A stretch of 64,000 bases of DNA, taken from a virus. The stretch spans positions 1-64,000 of the IMG/VR virus record IMGVR_UViG_3300020478_000004; one strand, written 5' to 3'. Below are positions 38,537 through 48,400 of the stretch, piece after piece (position 1 is the first letter of the stretch; every line of letters begins with the position of its first letter). The translations under genes and the position numbers were made by a program. The notes below the pieces were generated by a model that saw only the letters and a list, made by a program, of their open reading frames with translations, did not search any database and had not been told where the DNA came from.

Positions 38537-39246
38537 ATTTTTTCAAACCTTATATTATTTGGTTCTATTTTAATCCAACACATACCGCTTTGGCCTGTAT
38601 TATGTATATCGTGTTTTCTTATTGTTGTTAAAGAAAATTTATGGTCTTCAACAAATTGTTTTGCATAACCTTCTTGTTTTGCTGTAAAAATACTTTCTTT
38701 ATGAAAATATTGCATTATAGATTTAGGTATCCTCTTGTCATTTAACATATCAATTAAGAGTTTTATATAATAAAATCCTTCATCATAACTGCACAATCCG
38801 TCTATAAAAATAGATGAATAATTATTCATACTATATAAGCCCCAAGCTATTAATTGATCAATTACTTTAACATCTCTATCAAAATCAGAAAAAACACAAT
38901 CAACATTATTCATTAGCTTAAAGTCTATGTCTTGGTTTAATAAAGTAAAATGATCTTGTATTTCTAATTTTTCAACTGTAGAATTAATAAACTCTGAATA
39001 AGATTTACCACCTTCATTACAAGGATGACCATACTGCCGACCATTATCAATAGTTATACAGTTACCTATTCCATTTTCTTTCATTGCGTATGCAACTGCA
39101 AATGAAGTACAACCTAAACCAGTTCCAAACTCTACAAAAGTTTTATATTTTTTCATTTTTGTTAATGCATAAAAAAATAATGAACTATCTTCAGTATTAT
39201 ATGCTATTCCGTGCTCTTTTATGTATGTTAATAAGTCTTGGTTCAT
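38533..39246 (-). CDS. Class I SAM-dependent methyltransferase-like protein
   Basis: FVEFGTGLGCTS motif I, ITID, DCVFSD. ATGA-coupled within the operon. Confidence 0.6.
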   Translation of the reverse strand: MNQDLLTYIKEHGIAYNTEDSSLFFYALTKMKKYKTFVEFGTGLGCTSFAVAYAMKENGIGNCITIDNGRQYGHPCNEGGKSYSEFINSTVEKLEIQDHFTLLNQDIDFKLMNNVDCVFSDFDRDVKVIDQLIAWGLYSMNNYSSIFIDGLCSYDEGFYYIKLLIDMLNDKRIPKSIMQYFHKESIFTAKQEGYAKQFVEDHKFSLTTIRKHDIHNTGQSGMCWIKIEPNNIRFEKI

Positions 39247-40499
39247 TGTTTAATCTTCTTTATTAAATCTGTTGTTGAATGTCCTTTTATTCTAGGAAAT
39301 ATAACAACATTAGCTAATTCATTTCCTACAGTAGTTTCAACAGTATAATCATCACCTTTTACAATAACATCAGGATTGATTTTTTTGATAATATCTATTG
39401 GTGTATCTTCATCAAAAATGATAACCTCATCTATAAATCCTAATGCTTCTAATGTTTCTTTTCTTTTAACTTCATTATTAATGGGTCTATTTTCGCCTTT
39501 AAGACGTCTAACACTTGCATCACTATTAATACCCACCACAAGACGTTTTCCTAACGTGTGTGCGTGTCTTAGTAGCTTTAAATGGCCAGTATGTAGTATA
39601 TCAAACACTCCATTAGTCCATACTATACCACGATTTAAATCATCAAGTGTAACTGGAGATACACCACGCTTTTCTACAGTTCTAGTTGCGGCATAACAAG
39701 CAAGTTCACACGCTTTAGGAATATCTATTCCCTTATTATAAGCATGAACAATAACTGCTAATACTGTATCACCAGCACCTGATACATCGGCTACTTCTTT
39801 TGTATCTTCTTTAAAATAATGATACTCTCCGTCTGTATTTAAAACATGAATACCATTAGCACCATCAGTTACGACTAACCATGTCCAGTTATGGTCTCGC
39901 ATATATTCTAATGCATGAGTTTTATTATATTTTCCATTCCATTGTTCGTATTCTAGCATATTAGGTTTAACCAAAAATGCTCCATCATAAAATCTTGCAT
40001 CTTGTTTAGGATCTACAAATATTTTTACATCTGCAAACTCTTTTATATCACTAATAGTATCTTCTGTAACAGTTCCTTTTCCATAATCACTAACAACTAT
40101 TATATTAGAACTTCTTATAGATGCTTTTAACCTATTAAGTGCTTCATGACTTTTAATTGCTACTACTTCTCTGTCCCAACGTAAAAGATGTTGCCCTGTT
40201 TTTCCTACTAATCTTGTTTTAATAGTTGTTCTAGGTGCATCCTTAGATAAATTACTAACTATATTAGTCTTTTCTAATAAATGAAGTATATGAATACCTT
40301 GTGTATCTTTTCCTATTACTCCATATAATTCTACACGATTATTAATGTTCGCTAAATTAATTGCTAAATTGGCGGCACCACCTAAATTGAACTTTTGTTG
40401 TTCTTCTTTTAATATTAAAACATCTGCTTCTGGCGATACCCTACTAGCATCACCGATGATCCAACGATCCAACATTATATCGCCATAAACTTTAATCAT
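39243..40499 (-). CDS. hldE: Bifunctional heptose-7-phosphate kinase / heptose-1-phosphate adenylyltransferase
   Basis: Ribokinase domain: GDIMLD...RVSPEA, GGAAN.A.N, DVSGAGDT. Cytidylyltransferase domain: TNGVFDILHTGH, GINSDASVRRLKG..RP, VKGDDY, GHSTT. Confidence 0.92.
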   Translation of the reverse strand: MIKVYGDIMLDRWIIGDASRVSPEADVLILKEEQQKFNLGGAANLAINLANINNRVELYGVIGKDTQGIHILHLLEKTNIVSNLSKDAPRTTIKTRLVGKTGQHLLRWDREVVAIKSHEALNRLKASIRSSNIIVVSDYGKGTVTEDTISDIKEFADVKIFVDPKQDARFYDGAFLVKPNMLEYEQWNGKYNKTHALEYMRDHNWTWLVVTDGANGIHVLNTDGEYHYFKEDTKEVADVSGAGDTVLAVIVHAYNKGIDIPKACELACYAATRTVEKRGVSPVTLDDLNRGIVWTNGVFDILHTGHLKLLRHAHTLGKRLVVGINSDASVRRLKGENRPINNEVKRKETLEALGFIDEVIIFDEDTPIDIIKKINPDVIVKGDDYTVETTVGNELANVVIFPRIKGHSTTDLIKKIKQ

Positions 40500-40936
40500 T
40501 TTTGTTCCATTAATGATACTAGTTTAAAGACTGTTTCTAGTTTTGTTAAATTTGCTTTATTTTGTAATGTATTACGTAAACCTTGGTGCAATGGTTTAGG
40601 CCAATTATTGAAACTTACCCAAGCATATCCATTATGTTCTTCGTTTAATTTTGGAATAAATTCTTCTTTTACTACACAAAGATATGTGTGAAAATTAAAT
40701 TTGTCATCCCTACTAACAAACGTTTCTAAAGGAATAGACTTTATTATATCAGGAATAAACCCAATTTCTTCTTTGATTTCTCGTTGTAATGCTTGGAATG
40801 GAATTTCTTCACTTTCATTAGTACCACCTACAAGACCCCAAACATTATTTTGTTTACTTTGAACCCTATGCAAAAATAAAAATCTTTGAGTATCTAATGT
40901 GTAGAAGAGAGCACCACTACATATTATATTAGTCAT
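40496..40936 (-). CDS. NUDIX hydrolase
   Basis: Nudix box WGLVGG....E....ALQREIKEEIG. Confidence 0.85.
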   Translation of the reverse strand: MTNIICSGALFYTLDTQRFLFLHRVQSKQNNVWGLVGGTNESEEIPFQALQREIKEEIGFIPDIIKSIPLETFVSRDDKFNFHTYLCVVKEEFIPKLNEEHNGYAWVSFNNWPKPLHQGLRNTLQNKANLTKLETVFKLVSLMEQK

Positions 40937-40949
40937 ACTAATAATTATG

Positions 40950-42404
40950 TTAAAGTGCTAGGCGCCAAGTGCCTTTTCGATATTCGCCTTCGAAGCTTAA
41001 TGTCCAAGATGTACCGTCCCATTTATATTGGATACCGGTATTAAGATTGGTTGTATACTTGACATCTATAGTTGAATCAGAGCCATCATTTTGACTAGCG
41101 TCAAAAACTATAGTCCAAGCATTATTATCCCATTCAATTATATCGTTTGTTGATGCAATCAAATCGTTGCCACTAACATCTTTCCAAGCATCTGCACCGT
41201 CTACATTAGTAGTTGCACCAATATCACCTAATAATAAAATCCTAGTTCCACTTTGTTTAATATCTGTAGGATTAGTTCTTGTTGGGTCAATGATATAATC
41301 AATAGTGCCTTTAGTAACTGCTGGTCCTTCAAATACAGAGTTAGTTGGAATTGTGTCTGTATCCCAGTTTACAATAAGTTGTGTTTCGTCTAACTCGTTA
41401 AGTGCAATAGTTCCTACAACACTACCTAAGTCTAATCTATTTAAATAAATTTTACTTAACCCTGCAACATATTGTCCAGGTAATGCATCTAAAACTACAC
41501 GCCAATTAACTTCACCTGCAACACCTCTATCACCTAATACAGCAATATTATTAGTTACTATTAAGTCGTAATCTTTATACGTACTAATTGCTAGTGCTGT
41601 AGCATCGGCTCTAGTTGCTGTAGCTGTTTTATCATGTTTAGTACTTGTGTTATCATCACCTTTAACATCTTGTGATTCACTATCATCATAACGTTTAAGT
41701 TCAGGTTGCGAAGATCCTAAATCAATTGTACCTTTAGTTTCATCAAAAATACTCATTACAACACTTGTTATAACTCCTAGCTTTTTAACTTTAGCAGGAG
41801 GTGATAACCAAATGGGAGTCATGAAAGATAATTGGCCGACATCAATCTCACTTTCTGTACCCATAGGAATACTTCTAGTAGAAAACGTAACATTTTCTAA
41901 ATTTACTACACTTAAACTTGTCCAATCAACGTAGTTATCAGTTGTTTGAATTTCTAAACTTGGATTAAACAATGTTAATATTTGCTCTATTATTTGTAAC
42001 TTTTGTTCTGTATTAGTTGACCAAATATCTACATTAATACCTAAATTAAACGGAGTAGGCATTAAACGTTCTACTGTATAGTTTTGTCCTTGCGTATTTA
42101 AATATTCTTTATTATTACTGTCATATGCACGTTCACGTAAATGAATTTTTCCTGTATAGGTCGCATCAGATGTTCTCTCTCTGTCCATTGCTAATGATGT
42201 AATATAAACAGATATTCTTGGAGCACTAGGTATTTTATTTTCACTATTATCACGTATGATATGTCCTACTTGACGAGTAATGTCGCCATACATCACCGGT
42301 ATTTGTGTTAAATTACCTTTGCCATCCTTATAAGAAAAGTTACTAAACAATCTTATAAGTTGAGTAATGTAACGTCTTATTTGTCCGTCATAAAAATGTT
42401 GCAT
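40950..42404 (-). CDS. Tail sheath stabiliser / tail terminator (T4 gp15-like)
   Basis: FYDGQIRRY..Q...LF, PRISV....L..D..R, PTPFNL...VDIW....EQKLQIIEQIL..FNP. Confidence 0.75.
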   Translation of the reverse strand: MQHFYDGQIRRYITQLIRLFSNFSYKDGKGNLTQIPVMYGDITRQVGHIIRDNSENKIPSAPRISVYITSLAMDRERTSDATYTGKIHLRERAYDSNNKEYLNTQGQNYTVERLMPTPFNLGINVDIWSTNTEQKLQIIEQILTLFNPSLEIQTTDNYVDWTSLSVVNLENVTFSTRSIPMGTESEIDVGQLSFMTPIWLSPPAKVKKLGVITSVVMSIFDETKGTIDLGSSQPELKRYDDSESQDVKGDDNTSTKHDKTATATRADATALAISTYKDYDLIVTNNIAVLGDRGVAGEVNWRVVLDALPGQYVAGLSKIYLNRLDLGSVVGTIALNELDETQLIVNWDTDTIPTNSVFEGPAVTKGTIDYIIDPTRTNPTDIKQSGTRILLLGDIGATTNVDGADAWKDVSGNDLIASTNDIIEWDNNAWTIVFDASQNDGSDSTIDVKYTTNLNTGIQYKWDGTSWTLSFEGEYRKGTWRLAL

Positions 42405-43561
42405 TAGTTATCTGCCCTTGGTTTCAATGCTTTAGACAAAGGTTGACGTTCTTTAACAGTTTCGCCGCCTATTACATTTTCTTTAGTATTATTAATAAAT
42501 GATCCTTTATATGTAGCTTTGTCATCAGTATTAGTTAATGTCATACGTACTGCATCTTCCATTTTAATCCACCTTGTTCCATCAAACCTAAATAATCTAT
42601 TAGGTAAGAAATCTGTTCTTAAGAAGTAATCACCTTTAATATTAGTAGCTGGAAATCCTATACCATGACCAAATGCTTCACCATTAGGTGCAATTCCATC
42701 ACCTAATAAGTATCCATCATATCCGCTTCGTTCAGGTGTTTGATTAACCCTATCAGCTAATAGTCCGGCCTGTGAAGCATCTAATGTATCAACGTCTGTT
42801 GTAACAAGTTCAGGTTTACCTTGTTTATCAACTTGTAATGTATATAATTGTTGTGTTTCGTATCCTGACTTTTTAGCATCTGCTTCTGCTTGTTGAACAA
42901 CTGCATTATTAATTTGCATTTCTTGTTCATAAGTTGACAATACATCACGTAATGTATCAGAAGAACCTTCTTCTGCTGGTAAGTCAAGTATTTCTTTAAA
43001 CTCTTGACTATCTACTATTTGTTTTAATTTTACACGATATAAATGCGGATACCAAGTTTGGCTAAATCCTTCTGCCGCTCTGTTAACATCTTCAACTACA
43101 TAATAACGTTTTAATGCAACTTGATAATCATTAAGTGCGTGTGGATCTTTTAAGTGTGGTAGTTCTATTACATCACCTGACATAATTTTTCTACCTAATG
43201 TTTTTACACTATCATTAATATGAATAGTCATAAACAATGTATCATTTTGTAAAAATAATCCAAATTGACTCATATCAAAGTCAATGTCTTGCACGTTATA
43301 AATTCCTCTAATTTGATAAATGTCAGGATCATATTTTCTATCCCTATTTTCAAGGAATAGCATATCCTGTATATTTGTTTCTTTTATAGCATCGTATCTT
43401 GGTTTGTCAGCCGTAGCATCTGCTTCTTCAGGATTTACAGGTCCTAAATACTTGTGAACAAATACGTCAGTTCCGCCCACTTGGAACATTTCACCGATAT
43501 GTCTGTCTAAAAAGACGTAATCATTACCGTGTTCTGGTTTATATAGTGTAAGTTTAGGCAT
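42404..43561 (-). CDS. Neck / head-closure protein (T4 gp14-like)
   Basis: SQFGLFLQND.L...IH, GDVIELPH. Adjacent to gp15-like and gp13-like genes. Confidence 0.6.
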   Translation of the reverse strand: MPKLTLYKPEHGNDYVFLDRHIGEMFQVGGTDVFVHKYLGPVNPEEADATADKPRYDAIKETNIQDMLFLENRDRKYDPDIYQIRGIYNVQDIDFDMSQFGLFLQNDTLFMTIHINDSVKTLGRKIMSGDVIELPHLKDPHALNDYQVALKRYYVVEDVNRAAEGFSQTWYPHLYRVKLKQIVDSQEFKEILDLPAEEGSSDTLRDVLSTYEQEMQINNAVVQQAEADAKKSGYETQQLYTLQVDKQGKPELVTTDVDTLDASQAGLLADRVNQTPERSGYDGYLLGDGIAPNGEAFGHGIGFPATNIKGDYFLRTDFLPNRLFRFDGTRWIKMEDAVRMTLTNTDDKATYKGSFINNTKENVIGGETVKERQPLSKALKPRADN

Positions 43562-43569
43562 CGTAACAG

Positions 43570-43599
43570 TATTTATTCGATGCCGCTTCCCGATAAATA
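43570..43599. promoter_or_regulatory. Back-to-back late promoters: AATAAATA (- strand, 43570-43577) and GATAAATA (+ strand, 43592-43599)
   Basis: Both motifs lie in the short divergent intergenic gap between the gp14-like and gp13-like genes. Confidence 0.65.
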
Positions 43600-43618
43600 C
43601 ATATGGAGAGCATATAAT

Positions 43619-44377
43619 ATGAGCGGATTAGCAACACAAAAGCAAGAAGTATTTGATTATGTAAACCTATCATTAGGTGGGGGTATGGTCGATGTTGAGC
43701 TTGACCCAGCACATTATGAAACAGCCTTGAATAGGGCATTAGCTAAATTTAGGCAACGATCTGATAATTCTGTTGAAGAATCATATATGTTCCTTCCTAC
43801 AGTAATTGATCAAAATACGTATATACTACCAGAAGAAGTAATTGAAGTTAGACGTATTTTTAGACGATCAATTGGATCAAGAACTGGAGGAGGAGATGGT
43901 GGTACATTATTTGAACCATTTAATTTAGCATATACAAATACCTATTTGTTAGCAAGTACAAATATGGGTGGATTAGCTACATACGAATTGTTCTCACAAT
44001 ACCAAGAACTTGTTGGAAGAATGTTTGGTAGTTTTATTGAATTTAAATGGAATACAACTACTAAAGAATTAACAATGTTACAACGCCCTCGTGCTGAAGA
44101 AGACTTACTTTTATATTGTTACAATAAACGTCCAGATAGCGAATTATTAAAAGATTATTTGGCACAACAATGGTTAAAAGACTATACACTCGCTACTTGT
44201 AAATATATGCTTGGTGAAGCTAGAAGCAAATTTGCCACAGTAGCAGGACCACAAGGCGGTACATCACTAAATGGTGATGCTCTTAAAGCCGAAGCTATTG
44301 CCGAAATCCAAACACTTGACGAAGAGCTTAAAACACAAGTTGCAGGTGGACAAGGATACGGCTTCTCAATTGGTTAA
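43619..44377 (+). CDS. Neck protein (T4 gp13-like); start revised to ATG 43619
   Basis: DYV...LGGGMVDVELD..HY..A...AL, WLKDYTLA..K..LGE.RSKF....GPQGG..LNG. SD GGAG at 43605. Confidence 0.8.
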   Translation: MSGLATQKQEVFDYVNLSLGGGMVDVELDPAHYETALNRALAKFRQRSDNSVEESYMFLPTVIDQNTYILPEEVIEVRRIFRRSIGSRTGGGDGGTLFEPFNLAYTNTYLLASTNMGGLATYELFSQYQELVGRMFGSFIEFKWNTTTKELTMLQRPRAEEDLLLYCYNKRPDSELLKDYLAQQWLKDYTLATCKYMLGEARSKFATVAGPQGGTSLNGDALKAEAIAEIQTLDEELKTQVAGGQGYGFSIG

Positions 44378-44386
44378 AATCAATAC

Positions 44387-44415
44387 TTGACATTTACTCG
44401 TATTTCTCGTATAAT
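44387..44415 (+). promoter_or_regulatory. Consensus sigma70 (early) promoter TTGACA-N17-TATAAT
   Basis: TTGACA 44387-92, TATAAT 44410-15, 17-nt spacer. Confidence 0.85.
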
Positions 44416-44444
44416 ATAAACAATATTATATGAGGAATAATCAA

Positions 44445-45038
44445 ATGGTAATTGGAATTTGTGGGCTTATTAGCTCAGGCAAAGATACAATAGCAGATTA
44501 TTTAATTAAAGAGCATAATTTCGTAAAAATCTCATTTGCAGATAAGTTAAAAGATAGCGTAGCCGCTATGTTTGATTGGGATCGCGAATTGCTTGACGGT
44601 AAAACTGCTGAAAGCAGAGAATGGCGCGAAAAAGTAGACTCATATTGGACTAATGAAATAGGTAGCGAAATTACACCTAGACTAGTACTACAAAAATTTG
44701 GTACAGAGTGTATGCGTAATGGATTTTATGATGGTATATGGGTTAGCTTAACTAAAAAGAAAATACTAGATAATCCTGATATTAATTATGTTATTCCAGA
44801 TACACGTTTCCCAAATGAAGCCAAAATGTTATATGAAATTAACGGGCAAGTTTGGAGAGTAGTACGTGGTGAAGATCCACAGTGGTTTACAGATTATAAG
44901 GATTTTGGTACAGAACCTAAAGATGTACACCCTAGCGAATGGGCTTGGGCACACACAAAATTTAAACATATTATTAACAATAATGGGACTATTGACGAAC
45001 TTAAAAGTCAGGTACAAGGTCTCCTTGTTTCCAAGTAA
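44445..45038 (+). CDS. Deoxynucleoside monophosphate kinase (T4 gp1-like)
   Basis: IGICGLISSGKDT P-loop, FAD.LK, TPR.VLQ.FGTE, DTRFPNE, HPSE. Start moved to ATG 44445 after SD GAGG. Confidence 0.88.
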   Translation: MVIGICGLISSGKDTIADYLIKEHNFVKISFADKLKDSVAAMFDWDRELLDGKTAESREWREKVDSYWTNEIGSEITPRLVLQKFGTECMRNGFYDGIWVSLTKKKILDNPDINYVIPDTRFPNEAKMLYEINGQVWRVVRGEDPQWFTDYKDFGTEPKDVHPSEWAWAHTKFKHIINNNGTIDELKSQVQGLLVSK

Positions 45039-45339
45039 CACCTTCTTTATATAAAATCTTACTACAGTTTGCACAAACAGTTTTTAAGTTTGATGTACGA
45101 ACATTATTAAGATCTCCATCTATATAATAAACATGAAATTGCTCGCTATGTTTACTACGAAAGTTACATTTATCGCAAGTATTCTTTTTAAGATAGCCAG
45201 CTAACTCATACTTTGATGGTCCACGTTTTTTACCTCCATGCTTGGCACAGTTCTCACAAAGGCTTCTATAATAAGGTACGCCTTCCTTATAATAATTAAT
45301 TGCTACCGGCTTTTTACCGCATTTGCATAAAGGTCTCAT
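45001..45339 (-). CDS. Zn-binding HNH-like protein (degenerate)
   Basis: CKC, CENC, CDKC, IDGDLNN...SNL.TVCANC. Start revised to ATG 45339. Confidence 0.6.
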   Translation of the reverse strand: MRPLCKCGKKPVAINYYKEGVPYYRSLCENCAKHGGKKRGPSKYELAGYLKKNTCDKCNFRSKHSEQFHVYYIDGDLNNVRTSNLKTVCANCSKILYKEGVTWKQGDLVPDF

Positions 45340-45421
45340 AATAATATTTACCCCTGCCCTTTTCAAATCCCTTTTGTATCCTAAATTAGCGAATCATTCC
45401 GTGGTGTTTTTTGGTAAATCA

Positions 45422-45429
45422 TATAAATA
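45422..45429 (+). promoter_or_regulatory. Late promoter TATAAATA (exact T4 consensus)
   Basis: Upstream of the tail sheath gene. Confidence 0.75.
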
Positions 45430-45468
45430 CTAACAATAAGATGACTATGTCCAACGGGAGAACATACA

Positions 45469-48400
45469 ATGGCTAATTTAGTATCACCAGGCGTACAGGT
45501 TCAAGTTATAGACGAAAGTTTCTATACACCAGCTGAACCGGGTACAGTACCTATGTTATTCTTTGTATCCGCACAAGATAAGAAAAACGGTGCAGGAACA
45601 GGAACAGCTACAGGTACAACTAAAAAACAAGCAGGAACACCATTCTTGCTAACATCACAAAGAGAATTAACAGAAACGTTTGGAGATCCAACGTTTTATA
45701 CAGACACTAATAACAATCCAATCAATGGAAGTGAGCTTAACGAATACGGTTTACAAGCGGCTTATTCTTACTTAGGTGTAAGCAATAGAGCATTTGTAAC
45801 AAGAGCAGATATTAATACATCTGAACTAATTGCTTCAGCAACAGAGCCTGCGGCAAATCCAGCAGATGGCACACATTGGTTTGATACAAAAAATACATTA
45901 TGGGGCATTTTTGAGTGGAATTCAAATGCGGCGACTGTTACTGGTGGACAGACGTTTACTAATAAAATTCCAACTGTAATTACAGATAGTACAAAAGTAA
46001 CAGGTGGAGTACCTAAGACATCCGTTGGCGCTGTAGGTGACTATGCCGTTGTTGCTACTACTACACTAAACAAAGTATATTACAAAAATTCAGCAGGAAC
46101 ATGGGTACAAGTTGGTTCAGCAGATTGGATTAAAGCTAATGCAACAGTAATTGGAACAGAAAGTAATCCAACTATTACTAACGCGGCTAGTATGAGCGTT
46201 AATGGTACAGTAGTTACATCAGGTGGAACAGCTTTAGCAGATGTAGTAATTGCACTTAACGCCGCAGGTATTGCCGGTGTAACTTCAGAAGTTGTTGATG
46301 GTAAATTTGAAATTTACTCAACAGGCGTTGATGTTGTATTAGCAACTAACAGTTCAACATTACTTGCAGAAATTGGTTTAACAGCGGCAACACATAAAGC
46401 GCCAGCGTTACAAATTTCAGCACATACTGATGTACCAACATTTAAATCTACTGATACAGCACCAAGACCAACAGGGTCGGTTTGGATTAAAACTACACAA
46501 CCTAACTTAGGTGCTCGCTTTAGAGTTAAAAAGTTTAATGGAACTACAAATCTTTGGGAAGATGTTGTAGCACCAATGTACACAGATGGACACACGGCAT
46601 TGTTTAATTTAGATAAAGCAGGCGGTGGTGTAAATCTTGCAGTTGGTACTTTATACGTTAATTATAATAACGCTGAAGAATCATCAACTGTAGCAGATTT
46701 TAAAATTCACAGACGTACTAATACTGGAAACACAAGTATTAAGAGTTCAATAATTGCGGCACAGCTTACAGCAAACACTTATGCATTTAATATTCAAGAG
46801 TCAATTGTTGGTCAAGCGGCTCTTAGTGCAGACAAAACAGTTAGTGTAACTACAACAGCGGCATCAAGCGATGCTGATGTTATTGCAGGCGCAATTAACG
46901 CCGCAGGGTTTACTAACGTTGTTGCTTCAGTAGACGCTTCAAACAGAATCGTTATTGAACACAATGATGGTGGTGAGTTCCGTATTAAAGATACAGGTGG
47001 CGTACTTAACTTGGCAGGATTTAGTGCTTTTGTAAATGCTAACTCCGGTACACCTAATTTATATACAGCACCAACAGGTGACACAACACACGACTTTGTT
47101 GCAAGTAACTGGCAAGTATTAACATATACTGCTTCAGCTACGGCTCCAACTGCTTTAACAACAGATGGTAGACTATGGTATAGTTCAATTGTTGATGAAG
47201 TTGATATTATGATACACAATGGTACTACTTGGGTAGGATATTTAGATTCAACTAGTCCGTATTTTGCGGCGGCTGATTCAGATAAAACTGACCCAGCTGG
47301 ACCAATTGTTTCAGCAACAGAGCCAACTTTGCAATCAGATGGAACTGCACTTAAAAACGGTGACATTTGGATTTCAACAGCTGATACTGAAAACTATCCA
47401 AAAATTTACAAATACAATGGCACAACTCTAAAATTTGTACTTGTTGATAACAGCGACCAAACAACTGAAGATGGAGTTGTTTTTGCAGATGCACGTTATA
47501 ATACAGCAGGTGCAAATTCAGATAAAGCAGGAACTATTGCTTCATTACTAGTAAGCAACTTTGTTGATATTGATGCTCCAGATCCAGCACTTTATCCAAA
47601 AGGAATGTTACTTTACAATCTACGTAGAAGCGGATTTAATGTTAAGAAATTTGTTCGTAATCACGTAAACACAGCAACAGATAACATTCGATTTGGCGAC
47701 GAGTCGCAATCAGGTTACTATGCACACCGTTGGGTTACTGAATCAGCTAACCAAACAAACGGTGCAGGTAGCTTTGGACGTAAAGCACAACGCAAAGTTA
47801 TTGTTCAGGCATTACAAGCTCTAGTAAATAGTAATCAAAAAATTAGAGATGATGAATCAAGAATCTTTAATTTAATGGCTTGTCCTGGTTATCCAGAACT
47901 AATTGGTGAAATGGTTACATTAAACACTGATAGAGGTTTAAGTGCATTTATTATTGGTGACAGTCCATTTAGACTAACACCAGATGCAACTACACTTAAT
48001 AACTGGGGTAAGAATACTGCTTTAGCAGTTGAAGATAACGACGATGGACTTGTTACAAGTGACGAATACTTAGGTGTGTTTTATCCAAGTTTATTCACAA
48101 GTGATAACGCAGGTAACAATGTAGTTGTTCCAGCAAGTCACGGTATACTTAGAACATTTGCATTGAGTGATCAAGTTTCGTTTCCATGGTTTGCACCAGC
48201 AGGTACAAGACGTGGTGGTATTACAAACGCTACAGCGGCAGGTTACATTGACAGCGAAGGCGAATTTGTAAGTACTGCACTTAACGAAGGTCAACGTGAT
48301 ACATTATACAGCAATAACGTAAATCCAATTACGTTCTTAACAGGCGCAGGCCTTTTAAACTTTGGTCAAAAAACAAGAGCCAAAAATGCTTCAGCGTTAG

